The notes: generated by a model not told the origin, from the letters alone. A stretch of DNA of 64,000 bases from an uncultured Solirubrobacterales bacterium (GCA_963826475.1 CAWGXC010000002.1:72541-136540), one strand, 5' to 3'; shown: positions 8,438 to 18,198, numbered from the stretch's first letter. Numbers and translations are program-made.

Positions 8438-9432
8438 GGCTGATGGTCACCGGCGGTGCCGGATTCATCGGCTCGACCTACGTCCGCCGCCATCTTGGGG
8501 AGCATCCGGATGACGAGATCGTCGTGCTCGACAAGCTCACCTACGCGGGTCGCCGCGAGAACCTCGCGGGCGTCGACGAGGGCCGGCTCGGGTTCGTCGA
8601 AGGCGACATCGCCGATCGCGAGGCGGTCGCGCGTGCGATCGAGGGCTGCGATGCCGTCGTCAACTTCGCCGCCGAATCTCACGTCGACCGCTCGATCGAG
8701 GACCCCGGCGCGTTCATCCAGACCGACGTCTACGGCACCTTCGTGCTGCTCGAGGCAGCTCGCGACGCCGGCATCCGCCACCTGCAGATCTCCACCGACG
8801 AGGTCTACGGATCAATCGAGGAGGGCTCCTTCACCGAGTCCTCGCCGATCGAGCCATCCTCCCCCTACTCGGCGTCGAAGGCCGGCGGCGACCTGATCGT
8901 CGGCGCGTTCCAGCGGACCTACGGGGCCGACGCCCTGATCGTCCGCGCATCGAACAACTACGGCCCGCGCCAGCATCCGGAGAAGCTGATTCCGCTGATC
9001 GTCCTCAACGCGCTCGCCGGCGATCGCCTGCCGGTCTACGGAGATGGCATGCAGGTCCGCAACTGGCTCTTCACCGAGGACTTCGCGGCCGCGATCGACG
9101 TAGTCCTCGCCAAGGGCGAGGCGGGGGAGGTCTACAACGTCGGTGGCCCTCAGGAGCTGCCGAACATCGAGGTGATCAAGACGATCCTCGAGCTGACGGG
9201 TCGCGATGAGTCGCTGATCGACTACGTCACCGACCGGCTCGGCCACGATCGGCGCTACTCGCTGGCCTCGGAGCGCACCGAGGCACTGGGCTGGAAGGCC
9301 GAGGTCGACTTCACCGAGGGCATCCGGCGGACGGTCGAGTGGTACCGGGACAACGAGTCGTGGTGGGGTCCGATCCGCTCAGGCGAATACCGCGAGTACT
9401 ACGAGCGCCAGTACGGCAAGGCGCTGAGCTAG
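8434..9432 (+). CDS. rmlB: dTDP-glucose 4,6-dehydratase
   Basis: MRLMVTGGAGFIGS, YSASKAGGD (YxxxK) and ISTDEVYG. ATGA overlap with rmlD. Confidence 0.9.
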   Translation: MRLMVTGGAGFIGSTYVRRHLGEHPDDEIVVLDKLTYAGRRENLAGVDEGRLGFVEGDIADREAVARAIEGCDAVVNFAAESHVDRSIEDPGAFIQTDVYGTFVLLEAARDAGIRHLQISTDEVYGSIEEGSFTESSPIEPSSPYSASKAGGDLIVGAFQRTYGADALIVRASNNYGPRQHPEKLIPLIVLNALAGDRLPVYGDGMQVRNWLFTEDFAAAIDVVLAKGEAGEVYNVGGPQELPNIEVIKTILELTGRDESLIDYVTDRLGHDRRYSLASERTEALGWKAEVDFTEGIRRTVEWYRDNESWWGPIRSGEYREYYERQYGKALS

Positions 9433-9437
9433 TTCCA

Positions 9438-9989
9438 ATGCCCTCCGTCATCGACACCGCAATCGGCGGGCTGATCGCGATCGAGCCGAAGGTATTCGGC
9501 GACGAACGCGGCTTCGTGCTCGAGACGTTCCGCGAGAACCGCTGGCGCGAGCTCGGCATCGACGCGGAGTTCGTGCAGGAGAACCACTCCCGTTCGACCC
9601 AGCGCGGCACGCTCCGCGGGCTGCACTTCCAGACCGTCCCCGGCCAGGGCAAGCTCGTCCGGTGCCCGCGCGGGCGGATCTTCGACGTCGCGGTCGATCT
9701 GCGGCGAGGCTCGCCCACGTACGGGCAATGGGAGGGCCACGTGCTCGACGACGAGCGCCACCGCCAGTTCTGGATTCCGGTCGGCTTCGCCCACGGCTTC
9801 CAGGTCCTCAGCGAGACGGCCGACGTCGCCTACAAGGTGACCTCCTACTACGACCCCGAGACCGAGTCCGAGATCGCCTGGAACGATCCGGAGGTCGGGG
9901 TCGAGTGGCCGATCGGCGAGCCGTTGCTCTCCGATCGCGACAAGGCGGCGCCGAGGCTCTCCGCGGTCGCCGACGACCTTCCCTTCTAG
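9438..9989 (+). CDS. rmlC: dTDP-4-dehydrorhamnose 3,5-epimerase
   Basis: The ATG at 9438 is in frame with listed ORF 9339... PKVFGDERGF, RGLHFQ and FWIPVGFAHGF motifs. Confidence 0.9.
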   Translation: MPSVIDTAIGGLIAIEPKVFGDERGFVLETFRENRWRELGIDAEFVQENHSRSTQRGTLRGLHFQTVPGQGKLVRCPRGRIFDVAVDLRRGSPTYGQWEGHVLDDERHRQFWIPVGFAHGFQVLSETADVAYKVTSYYDPETESEIAWNDPEVGVEWPIGEPLLSDRDKAAPRLSAVADDLPF

Positions 9990-10069
9990 CGCCGTCGCTC
10001 TCCGCCGTGCGACGCGCGGCTGAAACCGATTGACTGTGCGCGCACGGTTTACCCACGGAGGAGATTCAG

Positions 10070-10645
10070 ATGGCGAAGAAGAAGACGAAGACCAAGTCCA
10101 AGGCCGAACGCGACCTGATCGCACAGCTGCGCAAGCGCGGAATCAACAAGAGTGCGGCCGAGCAGATCGCGAAGGCGTCGTCCGGCCTCGACTCAGGCAA
10201 GAAGAAGGCTGAGGAAGTGATCCGCAAGGCGATCGAGGATTTCCGCACTCTTGCCGGAGATCTCGAGAAGCGCTTGCCGATCGGCAGGGACGGGGTCGAG
10301 GCGAAGGCAGCCACCGCCGCGGCTTCCGCGGGAGCAACGGCCTCGCGCGCGAAGCGGACCACCAAGGCGACCGCGAGCCGCGCCAAGACCGGCGCACGCT
10401 CAACCGGCCGCACCGCCAAGACCGCGGCTCGCTCGACCGGCGGGACGGCGAAGGCGGGCGCGAAGTCCACGGCGCGCAAGGCCACGACGAGCACGCGCGC
10501 GACGGCGTCGACGGCCAAGACGGCGGCGAAGGCCACCGATCGCAGCGCCGCTGCCAAGAAGGCGGCAGCCACCCGCAAGCGCAACGCCGCCAAGCGCAGC
10601 ACGGCCGCCAAGAAGGCCGCCGCCACGAGGGCGAGCAACTCCTGA
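10070..10645 (+). CDS. highly basic Lys/Ala/Thr/Arg-rich low-complexity protein (histone-H1-like tail; possible nucleoid-associated protein)
   Basis: GGAGGAG RBS about 6 nt upstream of the ATG. Helical N-terminal 70 aa, then degenerate repeats (TASRAKTGARSTGRTAKTAARSTGGTAKAGAKSTARKA... AAKKAAATRKRNAAKRSTAAKKAAATR). Confidence 0.6.
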   Translation: MAKKKTKTKSKAERDLIAQLRKRGINKSAAEQIAKASSGLDSGKKKAEEVIRKAIEDFRTLAGDLEKRLPIGRDGVEAKAATAAASAGATASRAKRTTKATASRAKTGARSTGRTAKTAARSTGGTAKAGAKSTARKATTSTRATASTAKTAAKATDRSAAAKKAAATRKRNAAKRSTAAKKAAATRASNS

Positions 10646-10655
10646 GCAAACGCCC

Positions 10656-10694
10656 GACGGCTCGGCGCGGCGAAGTCGCCGACGCCGAGCCGTC
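10656..10694 (+). terminator. GC-rich hairpin downstream of the basic-protein gene (possible terminator)
   Basis: GACGGCTCGGCG ... CGCCGAGCCGTC 12-bp inverted repeat. No clear T-tract. Confidence 0.35.
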
Positions 10695-10764
10695 CGGGCC
10701 GCTTCGGCAGTGATCGCGCGGCCTCACAGCGAGGCCGAGCCGGCCGGTCCCTAAGATCAATCGG

Positions 10765-13700
10765 TTGGCAACCGCGACGAAACAGACCCAATCGATCGAC
10801 CCGCTGGCGGCGTTCAGCCAGGCGACGCGCGCCTGGTTCGAGCGCTCGTTCGCCGGGCCGACGCCGGCGCAGGTTGCGGGCTGGCCGGCGATTGCAACCG
10901 GCGCGAACACGTTGATCTGCGCGCCGACGGGCTCCGGCAAGACCCTCGCCGCGTTTCTTTGGGGGATCGACAAGCTCGCCCGTCGGCCTGAGCTCCTGGG
11001 TAGCGGCGTCAAGCTCGTCTACGTCTCGCCGCTGAAGGCTCTCTCCTACGACGTCGAGCGCAACCTGCGGGCCCCGTTGGCGGGGGTCGGCGCGGAGGTG
11101 GCGGTCGGGCTGCGCACCGGCGACACCCCTCAGCGCGAGCGCCAGGCGATGCTCCGTAAGCCGCCCGACATCCTGATCACGACGCCCGAGTCGCTGTATC
11201 TGATGATGACCTCGCGAGCCCGGGACATCCTCACCGACGTCGACGCGCTGATCGTCGACGAGATCCACGCGGTCGCTCCGACCAAGCGGGGTGCGCACAT
11301 GGCGTTGACGCTCGAGCGGCTCGAACGCCACGTCCGCGTCGAAGCCAACGAGGGGGAGGGGCGCGAGCAGCCACTCCAGCGAATCGGCCTGTCGGCGACG
11401 CAGCGCCCGCTCGAGCGGATCGCCCAGTTCCTCGTCGGGCCCAACCGTGAGTGCGAGATCGTCAACGCCGGCATCCGCAAGGAGATGGACCTGCAGATCG
11501 TCGTGCCGGTCTCGGACATGGCTGACCTCGGTGGCGTGACGACGGGAGCCGCAGCCACATCGGAGCTCGGCGGAGTCGAGTTGCCCGGGCCGCAGGTGCC
11601 CGGGGACTCTCCCAACCGCAACTCGATCTGGCCGGCCATCTACCCCGAGCTGCTGAAGCTCGTCGGCGAGCACACCTCGACGATCATCTTCGTCAACAAC
11701 CGGCGCGGCTCCGAGCGGCTCGCCAAACGCCTGAACGAGATGAACGCGGAGAACCTCTATGAGGCCGAGCTCGCTGAGGCAGGTGAGTCGCCCGAGCCCG
11801 AGCCCGAGCAGGAGCCCGGCGTTCCCGGTCCACCCCAGGCACGCCCGCCGGTGCCCATCGACCGCTACCCGGAGATCGCCCGCGCCCACCACGGCTCGCT
11901 CGCGAGGGAGGAGCGTCAGATCGTCGAGGAGCTGCTCAAGTCAGGTCAGCTTCCGTGCCTCGTGGCGACGTCGTCCCTCGAGCTCGGCATCGACATGGGC
12001 GCCGTCGACCTCGTGATTCAGGTCGAGTCGCCGAAGTCGGTCGCGCGCGGAATCCAGCGGATCGGCCGCGCCGGCCACGACCTCGGCGCGGTCTCGAAGG
12101 GGCGGATCTTCCCCAAGTTCCGCTCCGACCTGCTCGAGTGCGCCGTCGTCGCCAAGCGCATGCGAAGCGGGGAGATCGAGGAGACGGTCATCCCCCGCAA
12201 CCCGCTCGACGTGCTCGCGCAGCAGATCGTCGCGATGGTCGCCGACGAGGAATGGTCGGTCGACGAGATCGAACAGCTCGTCACCTCGGCTGAGCCGTAC
12301 ACCGAGCTCTCGCGGGAGCAGCTGGAGAACGTTCTCGACATGCTCGACGGCCGCTATCCCTCCGAGCGCTTCGCCGAGCTGCGACCGCGTCTGGTCTGGG
12401 ACCGGACCGGCGGCACGGTGCGGGGGCGCAAGGGTGCCCGGCAGCTCGCCGTCACCAACGCCGGGACGATCCCCGATCGCGGCCTCTTCGGCGTTCACCT
12501 TCCCGATGGCCGCCGGGTCGGCGAGCTCGACGAGGAGATGGTCTACGAGGCGCGCGCAGGTCAGGTCTTCCTGCTCGGGGCGTCCTCGTGGCGAATCGAG
12601 GAGATCACTCGCGACCGGGTCATCGTCACGCCCGCTCCCGGGGTTCCCGGCGCCGTGCCGTTCTGGCGCGGCGAGGGAATCGGCCGCCCGGTCGAGCTCG
12701 GCCGCGCCATCGGCGAGTTCTCCCGCGAGGCCGTCAACGCCGAGCCCGCGGACCTCGCCCGCGACTACGACCTCGACGACCTCGCGGCGGAGAACCTCGT
12801 CGCCTATCTCCGCGAGCAGCAGGCCGCGACGCGCGTCGTCCCCAGCGACCAGACGATCGTCGTCGAGCGGTTCCGCGACGAGATCGGCGACTGGCGCCTC
12901 TGCGTCCTCTCCCCGTTCGGAGGGCGCGTGCACGCCGCCTGGGCGCTCGCGCTCGCCTCGCGGATCCGCGACGAGTTCGAGCTCGAGGCGGATGCGATCT
13001 GGTCCGATGACGGGATCATCGTCCACCTCCCCGACGCCGATGAGGCGCCGTCGCCGGACATCGTCCTGCTCGAGGCCGATGAGATCGAGGACCTCGTCGT
13101 CGCCGAGCTCTCCGGCTCGGCGCTGTTCGGCTCACGCTTCCGCGAGGCGGCCGGCCGTTCCCTGCTGATTCCGCGCGCCTATCCAGGCAAGCGCACACCC
13201 CTGTGGCAGCAGCGCCTCAAGGCGCAGTCGCTGCTCGAGGTCGCCAAGGACTTCCCCCGCTTTCCGGTCACCCTCGAGACCTATCGAGAGGTGCTCCGGG
13301 ACGTGCTCGACCTACCGGCGCTCTCCGAGATCCTCCGCGACCTGAAGTCGAGGCGGATCTCGCTGGTCGAGGTCGAGACGCAGACGGCCTCGCCGTTCGC
13401 CTCCTCGCTGCTCTTCGACTACGTCGCGACCTACATGTACGAGGGGGACACGCCGAACGCCGAACGCCGCGCGGCCGCGTTGGCGCTCGACCGCGACCTG
13501 CTCCGTGAGCTGCTCGGCCAGGAGGAGCTGCGCGAGCTGATCGACCCCGCCGCGCTCGCCGACGTCGAGGACTCCCTCCAGCACCGCGTCGATCAAGCCA
13601 AGGCGATCGACCGCGACCAGCTCCAGCAGATCCTGCGCCGGCTCGGTGACCTGACGACCGCCGAGTGCGAGGAGCGCGTCGCCGACGGCTATTCGGCCGA

Positions 13701-15357
13701 GTCGATGTTGGGCAAGCTCGAGGCCGAGCGGCGGATCGTCAGCGTGAGGATCGCGGGAGAGGAGCGCTGGATCGCGGCCGAGGACGGCGCCCTCTATCGC
13801 GACGCGCTCGGGGTGCCGGTGCCGTCGGGCCTGCCGGACGCGTTCCTCGAGAAGGTCGAGGAGCCGATGGCGGTGCTGATGCGCCGCTACGCGCGGACCC
13901 ACGTGCCGTTTCCGAGCGCGCAGGCGCAGAACCGCTTCGGGATCGACCCGACGCCGGCGCTCAAGGGCCTCGAGGCCAAGGGCGAGTTGGTCCGCGGTGA
14001 GCTCTTGCCGGGCGGTTCCGAGCGCGAGTGGTGCGATCCGGACGTCCTGCGCCGGCTCCGCCGCGCGAGCCTCGCCGTCCTGCGCAAGGAGGTCGAAGCC
14101 GCCGACACCAGCGAGCTGGCCCGCTTCCTCGTCTCCTGGCAGAACGTCGACGCCTACCGCCCGGCCGGCGCCGGCCCGGACCGCCTGCGCGAGGCGCTCG
14201 TCCCCCTGCAGGGGGTCGCGCTGACACCCGAGGTCTGGGAGCGCGATGTGCTTCCCCGTCGACTCGGCGCCTACTCGCCCGCCTGGCTCGATCAGCTCTC
14301 GACGGGCGGGGAGATCGTCTGGATCGGCGCCGGGCCGGTGGGCCGGACGGGCCGCGTGGCTTTCTACTTCCGCGAGGACGTCAGGGTCGCGGGACCGCCG
14401 CCGGCCAACGCCAAGCTCGACCGCCCCGACGGCGAGATCCACGATGCGATCCGCGAGCAGCTCAGCCAGCGCCCCTGCTTCTGGGTCGACCTCGTCGCCG
14501 ACCTGAAGTGGGGGAGGGAGGAGCTGCATTCCGCGCTCTGGGACCTGGCCTGGGCGGGCGAGGTGACCAACGACGCCGTCGCGCCCCTGCGCTCGCCGCG
14601 GCTGAAGGCCTCCGAAACCAGCGCCGCCCGCCGCGGCCGCCGCTTCTCCGCCCGCCGCAACGCGACCGGGCAGGCGATCGCGGGCCGTTGGTCGCTGACC
14701 GAGTCGCTCTTCAAGGACTCGCCGAAGAGCGGCCCGAAGATGCGCGCGCAGGCCGAGCTGATGCTCGAGCGCTACGGCATCGTCACCCGCGAGACCGTCC
14801 TCGCCGAAGGCGTCCCCGGCGGGTTCTCGTCGCTCTACGGTGAGCTCTCCAACCTCGAGATCCTCGGCACGGCCCGGCGGGGCTACTTCGTCGAGGGGCT
14901 GGGGGGCGCTCAGTTCGCCCTCGCCGGCGCGGTCGAGCGGCTGCGCTCGCTCCCGCGCGTCGACGAGGACTACGTGGTCCTTGCGGTCACCGATCCGGCC
15001 CAGCCTTACGGGGCGAGCCTGAAGTGGCCCCAGCCGCTCGGCCGCGAGGGCGAGGAGGACGGCCGTGGCGGCCGGCGTCCGAGCCGTGTCGCCGGCGCCT
15101 TCGTCCTGCTTCGCAACGGAGAGCCGATCTTTTACATAGAACGCGGCGGCAAGGGCCTCCTGCGACTGGCGCGGATCGCGGAGGAGCAGCAGACGCTCGC
15201 GCTGGCGGCGATCATCGAGGCGGTCAAGGCTCGCCGTCTGCCCCGACTCGCGGTCGAGCGAATCGATGGCGATGCGGCGATCGGCCACGAGCTCGAGAAC
15301 GCACTCGTGACGGCCGGCTTCGAGCGCCAGCCCCGTCGCCTGGTCGCATCGCCCTAG
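10765..15357 (+). CDS. lhr: large ATP-dependent DEAH-box helicase Lhr
   Basis: 1530 aa. LICAPTGSGKTLAAF (motif I), VDEIHAV (motif II) and the long Lhr-type C-terminal extension. The start is TTG at 10765, with TAAGAT 7 nt upstream, so the start codon is less certain than the gene. Confidence 0.9.
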   Translation: MATATKQTQSIDPLAAFSQATRAWFERSFAGPTPAQVAGWPAIATGANTLICAPTGSGKTLAAFLWGIDKLARRPELLGSGVKLVYVSPLKALSYDVERNLRAPLAGVGAEVAVGLRTGDTPQRERQAMLRKPPDILITTPESLYLMMTSRARDILTDVDALIVDEIHAVAPTKRGAHMALTLERLERHVRVEANEGEGREQPLQRIGLSATQRPLERIAQFLVGPNRECEIVNAGIRKEMDLQIVVPVSDMADLGGVTTGAAATSELGGVELPGPQVPGDSPNRNSIWPAIYPELLKLVGEHTSTIIFVNNRRGSERLAKRLNEMNAENLYEAELAEAGESPEPEPEQEPGVPGPPQARPPVPIDRYPEIARAHHGSLAREERQIVEELLKSGQLPCLVATSSLELGIDMGAVDLVIQVESPKSVARGIQRIGRAGHDLGAVSKGRIFPKFRSDLLECAVVAKRMRSGEIEETVIPRNPLDVLAQQIVAMVADEEWSVDEIEQLVTSAEPYTELSREQLENVLDMLDGRYPSERFAELRPRLVWDRTGGTVRGRKGARQLAVTNAGTIPDRGLFGVHLPDGRRVGELDEEMVYEARAGQVFLLGASSWRIEEITRDRVIVTPAPGVPGAVPFWRGEGIGRPVELGRAIGEFSREAVNAEPADLARDYDLDDLAAENLVAYLREQQAATRVVPSDQTIVVERFRDEIGDWRLCVLSPFGGRVHAAWALALASRIRDEFELEADAIWSDDGIIVHLPDADEAPSPDIVLLEADEIEDLVVAELSGSALFGSRFREAAGRSLLIPRAYPGKRTPLWQQRLKAQSLLEVAKDFPRFPVTLETYREVLRDVLDLPALSEILRDLKSRRISLVEVETQTASPFASSLLFDYVATYMYEGDTPNAERRAAALALDRDLLRELLGQEELRELIDPAALADVEDSLQHRVDQAKAIDRDQLQQILRRLGDLTTAECEERVADGYSAESMLGKLEAERRIVSVRIAGEERWIAAEDGALYRDALGVPVPSGLPDAFLEKVEEPMAVLMRRYARTHVPFPSAQAQNRFGIDPTPALKGLEAKGELVRGELLPGGSEREWCDPDVLRRLRRASLAVLRKEVEAADTSELARFLVSWQNVDAYRPAGAGPDRLREALVPLQGVALTPEVWERDVLPRRLGAYSPAWLDQLSTGGEIVWIGAGPVGRTGRVAFYFREDVRVAGPPPANAKLDRPDGEIHDAIREQLSQRPCFWVDLVADLKWGREELHSALWDLAWAGEVTNDAVAPLRSPRLKASETSAARRGRRFSARRNATGQAIAGRWSLTESLFKDSPKSGPKMRAQAELMLERYGIVTRETVLAEGVPGGFSSLYGELSNLEILGTARRGYFVEGLGGAQFALAGAVERLRSLPRVDEDYVVLAVTDPAQPYGASLKWPQPLGREGEEDGRGGRRPSRVAGAFVLLRNGEPIFYIERGGKGLLRLARIAEEQQTLALAAIIEAVKARRLPRLAVERIDGDAAIGHELENALVTAGFERQPRRLVASP

Positions 15358-15384
15358 GGTGTCGTCGCCGGCCACCTGGGTGTC

Positions 15385-15696
15385 TTGCGCCACCGCGAGG
15401 CCGGAGCTACCCCCGACGGCTCTAGGATCGCCTTCATCAGCACTCGCGACGACGATGCCGGCGACCTCTACACGATGAGCGTGGATGGCGGCGACGTCCA
15501 GCACCTCGTCTCCGGTCCCGGCCTCGAGGCGAACGCACCCGCGTACTCGCCGGACGGGAGGAAGATCGCCTACGAGACCCGCCTCAGCAGCAGGGATGCG
15601 GTCCGGGTAGCCGTGGTCGACGCGGACGGCGGCACACCGGTGTCGCTCCCGCACAGCGGCGCGGTCTCCGAGGAGCCGAGCTGGGGAGTGGCCTAG
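15385..15696 (+). pseudogene. orphan PD40/TolB-like beta-propeller repeat fragment (about two blades)
   Basis: PDGSRIAFISTRDDDAGDLYTMSVDGG and YSPDGRKIAYETR repeats. No ATG, RBS or signal peptide. It lies in the same frame as lhr directly after its TAG. Its TAG shares the tetranucleotide CTAG with the stop of the convergent M23 gene. Confidence 0.4.
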
Positions 15697-16511
15697 CTGT
15701 ACTTGTCCCAGTGCCGTAGATATGGCGCTGGGTCCACTGGATCTCCGTGGACATGGATCTCGAAGTGCAGATGGCATGGGGTGCCCGCGGCGTTACCCGT
15801 CTGCCCGATCCTGCCGAGCTCCTGACCCGTGTGGACGCGCTCGCCCTTCCCCACCTCCGCCGGGTCGACCATGTGGGCGTAGAAGTAGTCCTGGCCGCTC
15901 TTCGCTCCATCGATCAGCACGTAGTTGCCGTAGAGGGCCGGGTCGTAGCCCGTCTTCTGGACGGTCCCGCCTCGGGCGGCGATCAGCGGCGTTCCGCAGT
16001 CGCCGGTGATGTCGAAGCCCTCGTGGATGCGCCCGCCGTTGCGAGGTGCATGGAACTCGCCGATCGGACCGCGGGTTCCATGTGGGCCGTCGACCGGGAA
16101 GACATGGCCGTGCAGATGCAGCGCGCCGGCGCGCTGCATCGCCTTCCCGTTGAGCCCGATCCGGAACGCGTAGCGACCATCGGGCATCGCCTTGCCCCGG
16201 CGATTGAGCCCATTCCAGATTCGCGTGTGCCCCCGGCCGGGCTGGACGTTCCGCTCCATGTAGTCGGCGACGACATCACCGCTCTTCGCACGGACGACGA
16301 CGATCCGCAGGTCCACGGGGTGCCTCGAGGCGAAGCGGTAGTGCAGCCGGATCTTCCGCTTGCCGAACAGCAACGGGTCTCCCGGCGTGACGCGCGTCTC
16401 CCCGAGTCGGAAGCCCGCGCCGTTGGGCTTGGCCTTGGCGGCGTTGCCCTGGGCCGCGAGCATGACGGCGGCGGCCAGAATCAAGGCTGCGGCGAGGAAA
16501 AGGCGTTTCAC
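15693..16511 (-). CDS. secreted M23 family metallopeptidase
   Basis: Signal peptide MKRLFLAAALILAAAVMLAAQG. HEGFD and GTPCHLHFEIH zinc motifs. GTG start. Confidence 0.85.
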   Translation of the reverse strand: MKRLFLAAALILAAAVMLAAQGNAAKAKPNGAGFRLGETRVTPGDPLLFGKRKIRLHYRFASRHPVDLRIVVVRAKSGDVVADYMERNVQPGRGHTRIWNGLNRRGKAMPDGRYAFRIGLNGKAMQRAGALHLHGHVFPVDGPHGTRGPIGEFHAPRNGGRIHEGFDITGDCGTPLIAARGGTVQKTGYDPALYGNYVLIDGAKSGQDYFYAHMVDPAEVGKGERVHTGQELGRIGQTGNAAGTPCHLHFEIHVHGDPVDPAPYLRHWDKYS

Positions 16512-16572
16512 GGCGAGGAAGCCTACGGCCGTGGTGTGAGGAGCCCCACCCTGGGGGTCATGGACTCCTCGG

Positions 16573-17667
16573 CTAAGCGCCGGCCGTCTGATCTCGGGCG
16601 GAAAGCTCGTTGCCTGTCGGCATGTCCCGGCGCAGCCAGGCGAACGCGACCCCGCCGGCGACGAGCGGCAACCAGAAGAGGATCGTCCGGTACGCCAGCA
16701 CGGCCGCGGTGACGACCGCCGCGGGAGCGCCGTAGACGATCAGGGTGCCGATCAGGCCTCCGTCGATCCCGCCGATGCCGCCGGGGATCGGCAGCAGCCC
16801 CCCGAGCTGGCCGATCAGGTAGCCCATCAGGACGATCGAGATGTCGGGGGTGTACCCGAAGGCATGGAACGTGGCCAAGAGCACGGCGTTGTCGAACGCC
16901 CAGTAGCCGAACGAGCCGAAGATCACCCGCAGGTTGCGTGTGCGGGCGATCTCGATCGACTCGGTGGTGCCGGTGATCACGGCGCGGCGCGCGGCCGCGG
17001 CCGCGCGCTTGAACCTCGACGCGTCCGCGCCGGGACTCTCTCCGGGACCGAACCTCGGGATCGCCAGGATCAGGATGATCGTCGCGATCGACATCAGCGC
17101 CGGGACGAGGGTGAGCCCCCATGACTCATGGGTGCCGAAGAGCTCGGCGAACATGAGCAGTCCGATCACGGCGACCGCGATGAAGTTGACCGAGCTCTTG
17201 ATCAGGAAGAACGCGACGGAGCGGCGGGCGATCCGGTCGGCGCTCATCCCGCCCTCGTGCAGCACCCACGCGCCGAGAGCCAGGCCGCCGGCGCCGCTGG
17301 CGGGCACGAGGGAACCCATCGCCAACTCCGAGCCGCCGATCTGCCAGCTGCGCTTCCAGCTCATCCCGCGACAGAAGATCGGGGCGAACATGACAACGTA
17401 GGAGGCGAATGACAGGGCCTCGAGGAGGATCCCGAGGAGGATCCACTTCGGGTCGGCGTCCGAGAGCAGGTTGCGGACGTCGCCGAGTCCGGGGGCGAGC
17501 AGCGCGATCAGCACGATGATCGCGATCGCGACGATCACGGGGAACGCGCGGTTGAGCAGGACCCGCGGCTCGAAGTCGCGGGCGGAGCCCGCGGGAGTCA
17601 CCGCCTCCGCGGGACCCGGGGTGACGGGGGTCGGATCATTTCGTGCCTCCCGAACCACGACACGCAT
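16573..17667 (-). CDS. UPF0104 / lysyl-phosphatidylglycerol-synthase-TM-type (flippase-like) membrane protein
   Basis: Multi-pass membrane protein with the typical family layout (GDVRNLLSDADPKWILLGILLEALSFASYVVMF...). ATG at 17667, alternative TTG at 17685. Confidence 0.75.
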   Translation of the reverse strand: MRVVVREARNDPTPVTPGPAEAVTPAGSARDFEPRVLLNRAFPVIVAIAIIVLIALLAPGLGDVRNLLSDADPKWILLGILLEALSFASYVVMFAPIFCRGMSWKRSWQIGGSELAMGSLVPASGAGGLALGAWVLHEGGMSADRIARRSVAFFLIKSSVNFIAVAVIGLLMFAELFGTHESWGLTLVPALMSIATIILILAIPRFGPGESPGADASRFKRAAAAARRAVITGTTESIEIARTRNLRVIFGSFGYWAFDNAVLLATFHAFGYTPDISIVLMGYLIGQLGGLLPIPGGIGGIDGGLIGTLIVYGAPAAVVTAAVLAYRTILFWLPLVAGGVAFAWLRRDMPTGNELSARDQTAGA

Positions 17668-17712
17668 CGTTGCACAGGCAAACAATCCGAACTCGGTTGA
17701 TTCGCTGTGGGC

Positions 17713-18198
17713 TCAGGAGTCCGGGAGCTCGCTCCAGTCCTCCCAGGAGATGTCCCGGCCCGGCCAGCGAATCGTTTCGAAAGGCCACTCGGCTTGGAGC
17801 CATTCCCTGACCGCCCTCTCGAGCAGGTCCTCGAGGTCGCCCTCCTCCTCGTCGGAGCGAACCCACATTGCGATCTCGGCGTCGGCTCCCAGCTTCTCCG
17901 GCGGGTCGACGTAGACGCAGCCGAGTAGGCGGGTCTCGTCCGGGGAGATCACGCAGTAGTTGAAGGAGCGGCGCAGCTGGGCCTCCTTCTGGTGCCAGCC
18001 CAGATCCACCAGATCCTCCTCCATCGTCATGTCCGGATCGGGCCAACCCCAGAAGGGGAAGCGCCTTTGCAGGCTCTCGACGCTGCTCATCACGGCGGCG
18101 TAGTCGCGGACCAGGTCGTTGACCGTGATCAGCCGGAGGCGAAAGCGGCTGTGCTCGAAGCCGGGTGGGATCGGGTGCGAGAGCGCAATCAGCCTCAT
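17713..18198 (-). CDS. GNAT-family acyltransferase-like protein
   Basis: 161 aa. The pattern LGWHQKEAQLRRSFNYCVISPDETRLLGCVYVDP ... AEIAMWV is typical of small GNAT proteins. ATGA overlap with the upstream permease gene. Confidence 0.55.
   Translation of the reverse strand: MRLIALSHPIPPGFEHSRFRLRLITVNDLVRDYAAVMSSVESLQRRFPFWGWPDPDMTMEEDLVDLGWHQKEAQLRRSFNYCVISPDETRLLGCVYVDPPEKLGADAEIAMWVRSDEEEGDLEDLLERAVREWLQAEWPFETIRWPGRDISWEDWSELPDS

Noticed and set aside
10030-10058. PafBC/RecA-NDp-type promoter (TGTCRGTG-N8-TANNNT) upstream of the basic-protein/lhr pair, suggested by TTGACTGTG.
   Set aside because: The spacing to any TANNNT hexamer does not fit: the next six bases after 8 nt are GTTTAC. 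The core is TGACTGTG rather than TGTCRGTG. No similar element was seen upstream of lhr, polX or nei.
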